64,000 nt of DNA from a bacterium. GTDB lineage: Bacteria; Actinomycetota; Acidimicrobiia; Acidimicrobiales; Ilumatobacteraceae. Within the stretch, counting starts at the first letter, position 1, and each line of letters opens with the position of its first letter. The stretch spans positions 3,666-67,665 of the forward strand of contig JBKPRL010000136.1 of the NCBI GenBank assembly GCA_046734535.1, written 5' to 3'. Below are positions 43,056 to 51,661 of the stretch, in pieces. The notes beneath the pieces were generated by a model that saw nothing but the letters and a program-made list of their open reading frames with translations, was not told where the DNA came from and searched no databases. The position numbers were made by a program, and so were the translations under genes.

Positions 43056-43081
43056 CCTGTTGCCGTTCCCCACGGAACAGG
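43056..43081 (+). promoter_or_regulatory. hairpin / imperfect inverted repeat in the Rieske gene leader
   Basis: CCTGTTgCCGT-tcccc-ACGGAACAGG: 10 bp with one bulged G. Confidence 0.3.
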
Positions 43082-43140
43082 CGAGCCGGGGACGCGTCAG
43101 CGCAGGCCATGATGCGAGCCGGGGTCGAGGAGGTCGAGAG

Positions 43141-44367
43141 ATGGATCAGCAGTTCTTGGAGCGCTTCAGGGAGCGTTCGGCCTACGAGGCCAACCGGGTC
43201 GAACCGCCCGACGGCTTCCCGAAGCTGCCGGACCTGCCCCTCGGCCGGTACACCGACCCGGAGTTCCAGGAGCTCGAGCACGAGCACCTCTTCAAGAAGG
43301 TCTGGCTGTACGCCGCCCACGAGTCGGAGCTCCCGGCGCCGGGCAGCTACAAGCTGTGCGACATCGTCGGCGCGCCGATCCTGCTGGCCCGGGACGAGGA
43401 CGGCGAGGTGCGGGCCTTCTACAACGCCTGCCGCCACCGCGGGGCGCCGGTCGTCAGGGGCACGAGCGGGGAGGCGCGGATGCTCGTGTGCCAGTTCCAC
43501 TCCTGGAGCTACAACCTGCGGGGCGAGCTCGTGCGGGTCCCGGACGAGCGGGACTTCGTCGGCCTGCAGAAGGAGGAGCGCTGCCTGCCCAGCGTGCGCT
43601 GCGAGCGGTGGGGCGGCTGGTACTTCGTCAACCTCGACCCCGACGCGGTCCCGCTGCTGGACCACCTCGACCCGCTCCCCCGGCTGCTGCCCGAGGTGGC
43701 GGCCGCGCCGTTCCGGGTCATCGACTCGAAGAGCGTCGAGCTCGCGTGCAACTGGAAGCTCCTGGCCGAGGCCTTCCTCGAGGTGTACCACGCCCGGACG
43801 ATCCACCCGAAGACCGTCGGCCCGTCCCTCGACACCCGGGGCACGGTCATCACGCTCTACGACCACGGTCACCAGAGCATGCTGTCCCCGGTCAACGTCG
43901 GCACCCGGAGCGACAACCGCGAGCGGCTGCCCGTCTTCGAGGGCGCGACCGAGATCTTCCTCGCCGGCGTCCAGCCGGCGCACGGCGTCTTCCCCAACCT
44001 CATCACGCCGCTCGACGCCCGAGGCTTCCCGTTCCTCGTGTTCTGGCCGCTGGCCATCGACCGCACCCGGCTCGACATCGTCTGGTTCGCAGCCGACTGG
44101 GGCGACGGCCCGCAGCCGGCCGAGCAGCAGGAGATCTGGCAGCACCGGCTGAGCCGCTTCGACACGGTGATGGAGGAGGACTACCAGAACCTGGCCCCGA
44201 TCCAGCGGTCGATGGAGTTCGCCGCCCACGGTGGGCAGGCCATCAACTACCAGGAGCGGCGCATCTGGCACGTCCAGGCCTGGATCGACAAGGTGATCGG
44301 CCCCGACCGCATCCCCGAGCACCTCCGCGTGCCGGACCTCTTGGACGCCTGGGTCGAGCACCCGTGA
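43141..44367 (+). CDS. Rieske [2Fe-2S] oxygenase alpha subunit
   Basis: ATG 43141 inside ORF 42808..44367 (RBS GGAGG): CRHRGAPV...CQFHSWSY, followed by a catalytic domain. Confidence 0.9.
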   Translation: MDQQFLERFRERSAYEANRVEPPDGFPKLPDLPLGRYTDPEFQELEHEHLFKKVWLYAAHESELPAPGSYKLCDIVGAPILLARDEDGEVRAFYNACRHRGAPVVRGTSGEARMLVCQFHSWSYNLRGELVRVPDERDFVGLQKEERCLPSVRCERWGGWYFVNLDPDAVPLLDHLDPLPRLLPEVAAAPFRVIDSKSVELACNWKLLAEAFLEVYHARTIHPKTVGPSLDTRGTVITLYDHGHQSMLSPVNVGTRSDNRERLPVFEGATEIFLAGVQPAHGVFPNLITPLDARGFPFLVFWPLAIDRTRLDIVWFAADWGDGPQPAEQQEIWQHRLSRFDTVMEEDYQNLAPIQRSMEFAAHGGQAINYQERRIWHVQAWIDKVIGPDRIPEHLRVPDLLDAWVEHP

Positions 44368-46007
44368 CCGCGGAGGCCGCCGGCTGGGGCGAGGAGTGGG
44401 ACCACGTCGCCGACGTCATCGTCGTCGGGAGCGGTGTCGCCGGCATGACCGCAGCCGTGGCGGCGACCAGCAGAGGCGCGTCGGTGGTCGTCCTCGAGCG
44501 GGGCGCCTTCACCGGGGGCACCACCGCCAAGTCGGGCGGGGTCCTCTGGATCCCCAACAACCCCTTGCTGCGCGAGCAAGGGCTGTCCGACGAGCGGGCG
44601 GACGCGTTGCGGTACATGGCCCGCACCGCCTACCCCACCCTCTACAACCCCGAGCACGAGACGCTCGGCCTCCCCGCGGACAAGCACGCGCTCCTCGAGG
44701 CGTTCTACGACAACGGCTCCGTGGCCATCGAAGAGCTCCTCGCCTCGGGCGCGCTCGTCCTCGAGTCACTCGACTACCCCGACTACGCGGCCGAGCTGCC
44801 CGAGGACGCCACGCCCGTCGGCCGGACCCTGCAGCCCCGGCTCCCGGAGGCATGGCGTCGCGGGGTCGACCCCAGCGGAGGGCAGTACCTGGTCGACCAG
44901 CTGGAGGCGGCCGCGACGCGCGCCGGAGCGACGGTCCTGCTCGAGCACCGCGCGGTACACCTGGTCCGCAACGAGGACCTCGAGGTCGTCGGCCTGGAGG
45001 TCCAGGTCGGTCGCCGGACGGAGCTGTTCGGTGCCCGCCACGGCATCGTGTTCGCCTCGGGCGGCTTCCTCCACAACCGCCGCCTGGCGCTCGAGTACCT
45101 GAGGGGGCCGGTGCTCGGTGGCGCGGCGGCGGAGGGCAGCACCGGGGACTTCGTCGACATCGGCATCGAGGTGGGCGCGCAGCTCGGCAACATGAGCCAC
45201 GCCTGGTGGGACCAGGTGGTGGCCGAGCTCTCCGTCCGCGTGCCCCAGACGATCAGGGACGTCTATGAGCCCTTCGGCGACAGCATGGTCATCGTGGATC
45301 GCCGCGGGCGGCGGGTGGTGAACGAGAAGACGCCGTACAACGAGCGCAGCCAGGTGCACTTCGACTGGGATCCGGTGCGGCGGGAGTACCCCAACCTCCT
45401 GCTCTTCATGATCTGGGACGAGGCCGTGGCGGCGAGCACGGACCCCTCCCGCTTCCGGTTCCCGGTCCCGCCGCCAGGCGAGCGGTACGACTTCGTGGTC
45501 ACCGCGCCGACCTTCGCCGAGCTGCAGCTGGAGATCGAGCAGCGGCTGGAGAAGCTGGCGCCCTGGACGGGAGGTTTCAGCCTGGATCCGTCGTTCTCCG
45601 ATGGCCTGGCCGCCACCGTCGCCCGCTTCGACTCGCTGGCCCGCGACGGCCACGACCCGGACTTTCACCGTGGTGAGACGCCGATCGAGCAGGCGTGGGC
45701 CGGAGCGGCGCGCTCGGGGGCACCCACCGCGGCGATGTACCCGTTTGCGCCCGTGGGCCCGTATCACTGCGTGATCCTCGGGCCGGGCGCGCTCGACACC
45801 AAGGGCGGTCCCGTCGTCGACGATCACGCCCGGGTGCTGACACCCGCCGGTGTGCCGATCGTCGGGCTGTACGGCGCCGGGAACTGCATCGCCTCCCCGG
45901 CGGGACAGGCCTACTGGGGCGCCGGTGGCACCATCGGCCTCGCGCTCACCTACGGCTACCTCGCCGGCTGCCAGGCCGCGGCCGAGCCGGCCCGGGCGCC
46001 CAGCTGA
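44364..46007 (+). CDS. FAD-dependent dehydrogenase, 3-ketosteroid-delta1-dehydrogenase / fumarate-reductase-flavoprotein-like
   Basis: GTG 44364 overlaps the Rieske stop (GTGA): DVIVVGSGVAGMTAAV...GGTTAKSGGVLW...GLYGAGNCIASP. Confidence 0.8.
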   Translation: MTAEAAGWGEEWDHVADVIVVGSGVAGMTAAVAATSRGASVVVLERGAFTGGTTAKSGGVLWIPNNPLLREQGLSDERADALRYMARTAYPTLYNPEHETLGLPADKHALLEAFYDNGSVAIEELLASGALVLESLDYPDYAAELPEDATPVGRTLQPRLPEAWRRGVDPSGGQYLVDQLEAAATRAGATVLLEHRAVHLVRNEDLEVVGLEVQVGRRTELFGARHGIVFASGGFLHNRRLALEYLRGPVLGGAAAEGSTGDFVDIGIEVGAQLGNMSHAWWDQVVAELSVRVPQTIRDVYEPFGDSMVIVDRRGRRVVNEKTPYNERSQVHFDWDPVRREYPNLLLFMIWDEAVAASTDPSRFRFPVPPPGERYDFVVTAPTFAELQLEIEQRLEKLAPWTGGFSLDPSFSDGLAATVARFDSLARDGHDPDFHRGETPIEQAWAGAARSGAPTAAMYPFAPVGPYHCVILGPGALDTKGGPVVDDHARVLTPAGVPIVGLYGAGNCIASPAGQAYWGAGGTIGLALTYGYLAGCQAAAEPARAPS

Positions 46008-46018
46008 CCGGCGGCGAC

Positions 46019-46465
46019 GTGGAGGCCCTCGACCTCATCGAGATCCACCAGCTCCTCGGGCAGTACGGGCACATCGTCGACGCCGGCGAGTGGCACCGCT
46101 TCGACGAGCTGTTCACGGAGGACGCCGTGCTCGACTACACGGGGGTGCGGGTGCCCGAGGTGCTCCACGGACGCGACGCCATCGTGGAGTTCTTCGGGAG
46201 CGCCAACCACCCGTCGGCCCACCACGTGACCAACATCGTGGTCAGCGAGGAGGACGGGGACGTCTGCGTCCACAGCAAGTTCCTCGCGCCCTACACCCGG
46301 CCCAGCCACGAGCCCCGACGGTGGTACGGCGGCGACTACCACGACGTCGTGGTGCGCACCCCCGACGGCTGGCGGTTCACGCGCCGGGCCTGCATCGCCC
46401 GCTGGCTGCTGACGCCCGAGATCGCCGGCGGCGAGGCCACCCCCGAACACCGCCGCACCCGGTAG
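46019..46465 (+). CDS. SnoaL-like / NTF2-fold protein
   Basis: GTG 46019 inside ORF 45695..46465: VEALDLIEIHQLLGQYGHIVDAGEW...SAHHVTNIVV...DGWRFTRR. Confidence 0.75.
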   Translation: MEALDLIEIHQLLGQYGHIVDAGEWHRFDELFTEDAVLDYTGVRVPEVLHGRDAIVEFFGSANHPSAHHVTNIVVSEEDGDVCVHSKFLAPYTRPSHEPRRWYGGDYHDVVVRTPDGWRFTRRACIARWLLTPEIAGGEATPEHRRTR

Positions 46466-46478
46466 GAGGCCCGAGACG

Positions 46479-46892
46479 TCAGGTGATGCCGAGTGAGCGG
46501 TTGCGGGCGCCCGGGGCGTGGAAGTCGGCCTCGTAGCAGATCCGGTCGCCCTCGAAGCGCAGGAGCGACATGACCTCCACGGACCACTTCTTGCCGACGT
46601 GCTCGGGGCCAAAGCGGTCCGGTTCCTTCACCGTCGCGCTCATCACGTAGTGCAACGCCAGGCCGTCGTCGTTGACCCAGAACTCGTCGGGCAGCAGCTC
46701 CAGGTCGTCCCACTTGGCCAGTCCCTGGCCGAAGAACGCCCGGATGGCCGGCCAGCCCTCGAAGCGGCCGCTGGCCACGTCGTTGAGGACGGCGTCGGGG
46801 GTCATGAAGGGCTCCGGCGCGTCGACGTCCCCCGAGCTCCACCCGGCGAACAGCTGCTTGGCGATCTCGATCCGCTTCTCGTGGTCAGGCAT
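46479..46892 (-). CDS. SnoaL-like / NTF2-fold protein
   Basis: ATG 46892 inside ORF 46479..46982: MPDHEKRIEIAKQLFAGWSSGDVD...FEGWPAIRAFF...LRFEGDRICYEADF. Confidence 0.75.
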   Translation of the reverse strand: MPDHEKRIEIAKQLFAGWSSGDVDAPEPFMTPDAVLNDVASGRFEGWPAIRAFFGQGLAKWDDLELLPDEFWVNDDGLALHYVMSATVKEPDRFGPEHVGKKWSVEVMSLLRFEGDRICYEADFHAPGARNRSLGIT

Positions 46893-46912
46893 GCCACGAC
46901 GATAGGTGCGCC

Positions 46913-46928
46913 GGCAACACGTGTCGCC
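46913..46928. promoter_or_regulatory. GGCAAC-acgt-GTCGCC, operator-family site with 1 mismatch
   Basis: Lies in the divergent region between the NTF2 gene (-) and the SDR gene (+). Confidence 0.4.
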
Positions 46929-46968
46929 CTTCGCCCGTCCCTCCGCCCTCCCGCCTACAGTCGCCCCG

Positions 46969-47793
46969 GTGGACGAGGCCATCGGGCAGCTCTTGTCGCT
47001 CGACGGTCAGGTCGCGCTGATCACCGGCGCGGCGACCGGTCTGGGCGAGGCGATCGCCGGCGTCCTGGCCGCCGCCGGGGCCGAGGTCGTGATCGGCGAC
47101 ATCGACGAGACCGGCGGCCAGCGGGTGGCGGACCAGCTGCGGGAGCGCGGCCACCGAGCCCACGCCCTCCGCCTGGACGTCACCGACGAGGCGTCGGCCC
47201 GCGACGCTGTCGAGCAGGCCGTCGCGATCGGCGGCCGCCTCGACGTGCTGGTCAACAACGCGGGTTCGTACCACGACGCCGGCAGCATCATCGACCAGAG
47301 CTACGAGTCGTGGAAGCGGGCCGTCGCCGTCAACCTGGAGGGTGTGTTCCTCTGCTCCAAGCCGGCGGCCGAGCACATGGTGGCTCGGGGTGACGGCGGG
47401 GCGATCGTCTCCATCTCGTCGGTCGACGGGATCCTGCCCTGCCTCGGCACCGGCTACGACTCGGCGAAGGCGGCGGTCATCCACTTCACCCGCAGCCTGG
47501 CCGTCGACCTGGCACCACTCGGTGTGCGGGTGAACGGTGTCGCCCCCGGCAACTTCCCCGTGGAGACACGGCGCAAGATGCGCGCCGGCGAGCTCCCGCC
47601 GCTCTGGGCCGAGCCGTCGGTGGCCACCGGGCTCATGGGCCCGATCACCCGCATCCGGACGGCGAGCATCCCGATGGGCCGCACGGGCGCGCCGGCCGAG
47701 GTGGGCCACGCCGTGCTGTTCCTGGCAAGCGCCGCGGCGTCCTACATCACGGGGCAGACGCTCGTGGTGGATGGCGGATGGACCCTCGTCTGA
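46969..47793 (+). CDS. SDR oxidoreductase
   Basis: ORF 46906..47793: GQVALITGAATGLGEA...NNAG...YDSAKAAVIH. Start is GTG 46969, or GTG 46906 or 46921. Confidence 0.8.
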   Translation: MDEAIGQLLSLDGQVALITGAATGLGEAIAGVLAAAGAEVVIGDIDETGGQRVADQLRERGHRAHALRLDVTDEASARDAVEQAVAIGGRLDVLVNNAGSYHDAGSIIDQSYESWKRAVAVNLEGVFLCSKPAAEHMVARGDGGAIVSISSVDGILPCLGTGYDSAKAAVIHFTRSLAVDLAPLGVRVNGVAPGNFPVETRRKMRAGELPPLWAEPSVATGLMGPITRIRTASIPMGRTGAPAEVGHAVLFLASAAASYITGQTLVVDGGWTLV

Positions 47794-47805
47794 TAGGAGA
47801 GACCG

Positions 47806-48225
47806 ATGAACGACGACGAGAAGGCGGTCGTCGCCCTGACGATCGCCTACACGTGGGCGCTCGACGACCGGCGCTTCGAGGACCTGCGCGACGTGTTCGC
47901 GGCCGACGCCACCGGTGATCTGGCCGGCGTCCACTGCGAGGGCATCGACGCCATCCTCGAGCGCATCCAGCGGGGCCTGAGCAAGCTCGACGCCACGCAG
48001 CACGTGATCTCGAACCATCAGGTGCGTGTCGACGGCGACACCGCGACGTGCCGGTGCTACCTCGTCGGCCAGCACATCAAGCACGGGACGCCCGGCGGCG
48101 ACCACTTCATCATGAGCGGGACCTACTCGGACCGGCTGGCGCGACGACCCGAGGGCTGGCGCATCGTCCACCGGACCCTGGAGATCCTCTGGACCGAAGG
48201 GAACCCGGCCGTCGTCGGCCGCTGA
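47806..48225 (+). CDS. SnoaL_4-like NTF2-fold protein
   Basis: ORF 47806..48225 (RBS AGGAGA): VVALTIAYTWALDDRRFEDL...TQHVISNHQV...GWRIVHRTLE. Confidence 0.8.
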   Translation: MNDDEKAVVALTIAYTWALDDRRFEDLRDVFAADATGDLAGVHCEGIDAILERIQRGLSKLDATQHVISNHQVRVDGDTATCRCYLVGQHIKHGTPGGDHFIMSGTYSDRLARRPEGWRIVHRTLEILWTEGNPAVVGR

Positions 48226-48252
48226 GCCGCCCCCGCGCAGGAGCCCGGGCGG

Positions 48253-48306
48253 CGCGAAGTGCGTCATCAGCGCGCCATGGATGGCGCGTGCGCGCCGCAC
48301 TTCGCG
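48253..48306. terminator. nested hairpin between convergent genes
   Basis: Outer 11-bp stem CGCGAAGTGCG / CGCACTTCGCG encloses an inner stem CGCGCCA-tgga-TGGCGCG. Confidence 0.35.
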
Positions 48307-48339
48307 GACGGCGCGGTGCTCGACCTCGGCCGCCCGAGC

Positions 48340-48804
48340 TCAGGTGCGGCCGACGGCGAGGAACGTCCCGGTGACGGCGTTCTCGTTGGCCATGCGCTGC
48401 CCGAGGAGCTCCTCGACGGCCGCGATGCGCGCCGTGTCGCCACTGGCGAACGCCGCGTCCGTGGCGCACGAGAGCACCTCGCTGATCAGCTCGTAGTCGG
48501 CCTGGGCGGCGTCGAGGTACAGGCTGCCGGTGCGCCCCCCGTCGTACGCGGCGAGGGCCGCCGAGAGGGCCTCGGCCTCCGGCATCTCCTCGGCGAAGCG
48601 CCGCGCCACCGCCTCGATGGCGTCGGTCTCCTCCCTCATCCACGCCAGCTCCTTGGCGGTCCGCACCGCGGCGCACGAGAGGACCGAGAGCGCCATCTCG
48701 AGGACGACCTTGGTCCCGGCGTCGGAGATGTTCGGCGCGACCTTGCCGCTCAGCTCGGCGCACACCGCCTCGATGAGCTGCTGGTTCGTCGGCTTGGAGA
48801 TCAC
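48340..48804 (-). CDS. small helical protein, partner of the APH-like kinase (unknown function)
   Basis: GTG 48804 overlaps the kinase stop (GTGA). Only the last ~154 aa of the 874-aa ORF 48340..50964 look protein-like (VISKPTNQQLIEAVCAELSGKVAPNI...). Confidence 0.5.
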   Translation of the reverse strand: MISKPTNQQLIEAVCAELSGKVAPNISDAGTKVVLEMALSVLSCAAVRTAKELAWMREETDAIEAVARRFAEEMPEAEALSAALAAYDGGRTGSLYLDAAQADYELISEVLSCATDAAFASGDTARIAAVEELLGQRMANENAVTGTFLAVGRT

Positions 48805-49835
48805 GCCGCACCTCCGGTGATCGACTTGTGGTGGGCGATGGCCCGCATGAAGACGTCGTGCATGCCGATCACCGCGGGCGACATGTAGGCGACCGCGATG
48901 CCCGTCGTCTCGCCCCGGGCCAACGCAGCCAGCTGCTCGATCACACTGACGTACACCGTCGGCGAGGCGAGCAGCAGGAAGAAGTCCATCACCGCCGGGT
49001 TGACCTGCTCCTCGCTGAAGCCCGTCAGCTCGCGGTAGCGGGAGTAGAAGGACTCCTCGTCGCACCGGATCAGGTCGGGCGGCTGGGTCACCCCGGCGAG
49101 CAGCGACCACCCGATGTCCTCGCGGGGATCGCCGACGTGGGTGAGCTCCCAGTCGATGACCAGGCAGGTGTCGTCCCGGTCGATCAGCACGTTGGCGATC
49201 TGGAGGTCGCCGTGCACGAGACCCAGGGGCACCGGCGGCGGCCGGTTGGCACGCAGCCACGCCGCGACGTAGCGCATGATCGGATCGCGATCGATGTGGG
49301 CCCGCTCCGAGTCCTCCCAGAACTGGATGCGGGCGTCGATGTACTCGTCCCACGACACCGGGACCTCGAGCTCGGGCGGAAGCGCATCCATGTCGGTCAT
49401 GTGCACCGTGGCCATCACCTCGGCCAGGCGCCTCCCCCAGTGGGGGTGCTCCTCCTCGCCGAGCTTTCGGGTCAGGCTGATCATCGCCTCGCCGTCGACC
49501 AGGTCGATCACGATGGCCGGGCTGCCCAGCTCCTCGCCCGTCGGATCGAACCAGCGCGGCACCGGCATCGGCACCTGGCCGGACGCGTGGAGCGTCGACA
49601 GCACCGACCACTCCGTCGCCCGGTCCGTGTCGATGATGGCCTGGCCCGGAGGGGGATCGGCGCGGATGATGTAGCCGCGCCGTCCCGACGAGTCCTCGAC
49701 GAACACCTTCGACATCGCCCGGCTGTAGCCGCCGGTGATCACCTCGTAGTCGACCACCTTGAGGCTGGCCGGATCGTCCGAGCGGCGTTGAAAGAACGCT
49801 TCCAAGCGCGAGATGTGCTCTGCCGTGTCGGTCAC
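48801..49835 (-). CDS. APH/ChoK-like phosphotransferase (kinase) family protein
   Basis: ORF 48801..49901, probable GTG 49835 (RBS GGAAGG): LVHGDLQIANVLI, VIDWELTHVGDPREDIGW. Confidence 0.8.
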   Translation of the reverse strand: MTDTAEHISRLEAFFQRRSDDPASLKVVDYEVITGGYSRAMSKVFVEDSSGRRGYIIRADPPPGQAIIDTDRATEWSVLSTLHASGQVPMPVPRWFDPTGEELGSPAIVIDLVDGEAMISLTRKLGEEEHPHWGRRLAEVMATVHMTDMDALPPELEVPVSWDEYIDARIQFWEDSERAHIDRDPIMRYVAAWLRANRPPPVPLGLVHGDLQIANVLIDRDDTCLVIDWELTHVGDPREDIGWSLLAGVTQPPDLIRCDEESFYSRYRELTGFSEEQVNPAVMDFFLLLASPTVYVSVIEQLAALARGETTGIAVAYMSPAVIGMHDVFMRAIAHHKSITGGAA

Positions 49836-49946
49836 TGGTGCACCTTCCAGTCCCCCGAGCCCGACGGTTCGGGCTGCTGTCCGAGACCGGACAATAGTCA
49901 AGAAAGCACCGCTCGAGGACGGGGGCCACCGACCTCGACGACGGGC

Positions 49947-50414
49947 TCAGGACGGGGTCGTTGCCGGCTGCCCGAACGCCAGCTCGGTGCGCCGTCGCTG
50001 GAACTTCCAACCGTCCTCGGTCCGCACGAAGCGGTCGCGGTACTCGCCGATGTACACCGGATCGCCGGTCGGCGCGAGCTCGGCGGCCACGCCGGACGGC
50101 TCGTCGTGGCGGTAGTTGACCATGTAACTCGTACCCGTCGCCTCGTCCGGTCCCAGCACGTCGATGACGACGTTCATGCACAGATGGCGGGCCGTGCGCC
50201 CGGGCGCGAAGAGGCGGCTCGGGATCCCGGCGTCGAGCTCGGCCCGACCGGCGAAGCGGATCCGCCCCGGCAGCTCCCAGACCCCGTCGTCGACGAACAG
50301 CTCCGGCACCTGATCCGCCTCGCCGAGGTCGAGGAGCTGCGCGTAGCGATAGATCAGCCGCTCGCACGCCCGCTCGGCGAGGAGCCGCTCGAGCGGATCC
50401 ATGCCATCGCTCAC
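49947..50414 (-). CDS. SnoaL_4-like NTF2-fold protein
   Basis: ORF 49947..50414 (GTG): LERLLAERACERLIYRYAQLLDLGE...RHLCMNVVIDV...DGWKFQRR. Confidence 0.8.
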   Translation of the reverse strand: MSDGMDPLERLLAERACERLIYRYAQLLDLGEADQVPELFVDDGVWELPGRIRFAGRAELDAGIPSRLFAPGRTARHLCMNVVIDVLGPDEATGTSYMVNYRHDEPSGVAAELAPTGDPVYIGEYRDRFVRTEDGWKFQRRRTELAFGQPATTPS

Positions 50415-50420
50415 GCCGGC

Positions 50421-51071
50421 CTACCAGTGGTTCCAGTGAATGACGCCGGCAGGATCCACCCTGGGGGCCGGCTTGAAGTCGGTGCCGATGGTGTAGGCCA
50501 CCGGGAACAGACCGATGAGGCAGTGCTCGGCCATGTCCACACCGAGGACGTCGGCCACCTCGCCTTCCTTGCGGCACACCATCGTCGTCCACACGGATCC
50601 GAGCCCGCGGGCCCGCAGCGCCAGCATGAAGCTCCACACCGCCGGGATGACCGACCCCCACCACCCGGGCTGCGACCCGGCCGGGAGCTGATCCGGACGG
50701 CCGAGCTGGTACGCGAGGAGCATCACCGGCACCTCGTGCAGGTGGTCCCGCAGGTGCTGGGCCGACTCGTTGACGTGCGCCTTGCGCTGCGCCCGGGTGT
50801 CGGTCTCGTCGAAGGTGGCGGCGGGCGTCGACGAGGAGAAGGAGTCGAAGACGCTGCCGTAGATGTCGGCGAGCTGCTGCTTGACGCCGGGGTCGTCCAC
50901 GAGCACGAACTGCCAGGTCTGGCGGTTCGAGCCCGACGGCGCCTGCATCGCGATCTCGATGCACCGCTCGACCACGGATCGCTCGACCGGTCGCGTCAGG
51001 TCCAGCCGCTTGCGCACCGCCCTCGTCGTGGTGAGCAGCTCGTCGGGGTTCAGGGGCAGGAGATCGGCCAT
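50421..51071 (-). CDS. nitroreductase-family (FMN) protein
   Basis: ATG 51071 inside ORF 50421..51215: TTRAVRKRLDLTRPVERSVVERCIEIAMQAPSGSNRQTWQFVLV. Confidence 0.8.
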   Translation of the reverse strand: MADLLPLNPDELLTTTRAVRKRLDLTRPVERSVVERCIEIAMQAPSGSNRQTWQFVLVDDPGVKQQLADIYGSVFDSFSSSTPAATFDETDTRAQRKAHVNESAQHLRDHLHEVPVMLLAYQLGRPDQLPAGSQPGWWGSVIPAVWSFMLALRARGLGSVWTTMVCRKEGEVADVLGVDMAEHCLIGLFPVAYTIGTDFKPAPRVDPAGVIHWNHW

Positions 51072-51104
51072 CGGCGCGGGTCTAGCACGCGACCGGACAC
51101 CGTG

Positions 51105-51116
51105 GTTTCTTGACAC
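51105..51116 (-). promoter_or_regulatory. 12-mer GTGTCAAGAAAC (gene-sense), 33 nt upstream of the nitroreductase start
   Basis: Identical 12-mer to 42284..42295. Flanked by CCGGACA / TGTCCGG inverted repeats (51093..51099 and 51124..51130). Confidence 0.3.
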
Positions 51117-51201
51117 CGCATGTTGTCCGGCTTCACCGTCCGTCCGCCGGCGGCGATACGCTCCGGCCGCCATCGAGCCATGCGAGGAGATGGAGGAGAC
51201 C

Positions 51202-51564
51202 ATGGACAGCGCCACGAGTGAGGTGCGGCGCTTCCGCAGCGCCGACGTCCCGCCGGATCGCTACGAGGATCCGCACATCAAGCCCTACGTCGAGGTCCGC
51301 AAGCTCAGCACCGAGCCCTCGATCCGCGAGGTCACGTTCCCGCCCAACGGCCGCCTGGACGTCCACTCCCACCCGAACGACACGCTGTACGTCATCCGCT
51401 CCGGTGAGTTCCACATCGAGGGCGAGGGCGTGTTCCAGCCGGGTGACGTCCGCTGGGTCAAGGGCGGGCTGACCTACGGGCCCGAGTGGGCCGGCCCCCA
51501 GGGCGCCGTCCTCCTCATCGTGGCCCTCAACGGTCCGTTCGGCACCACGTGGGTGGACTCGTGA
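51202..51564 (+). CDS. cupin-domain protein
   Basis: ATG 51202 (RBS GGAGGAG; alternative ATG 51190) inside ORF 50863..51564: FPPNGRLDVHSHPNDTLYVIRSGEFHIEGEG...PGD. Confidence 0.65.
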   Translation: MDSATSEVRRFRSADVPPDRYEDPHIKPYVEVRKLSTEPSIREVTFPPNGRLDVHSHPNDTLYVIRSGEFHIEGEGVFQPGDVRWVKGGLTYGPEWAGPQGAVLLIVALNGPFGTTWVDS

Positions 51565-51649
51565 CACGCGGCGGCCGCGTCCGCCAGGCGGCGGAGACGC
51601 GATCGGATGACGGAGGCCCCGCCCCGTTCCCGCCCGACGAGCCCACTGG

Positions 51650-51655
51650 TAGGTT
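51650..51655 (+). promoter_or_regulatory. candidate -10 box TAGGTT, 6 nt upstream of ATG 51662 (leaderless Rieske mRNA candidate)
   Basis: TANNNT hexamer with no SD before the ATG. Confidence 0.35.
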
Positions 51656-51661
51656 CCGAAC

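Noticed and set aside
48805-50964. Upstream 720 aa of the 874-aa ORF 48340..50964
   Set aside because: Only the last ~154 aa look like protein. The remainder overlaps, out of frame, the kinase, NTF2 and nitroreductase genes on the same strand.
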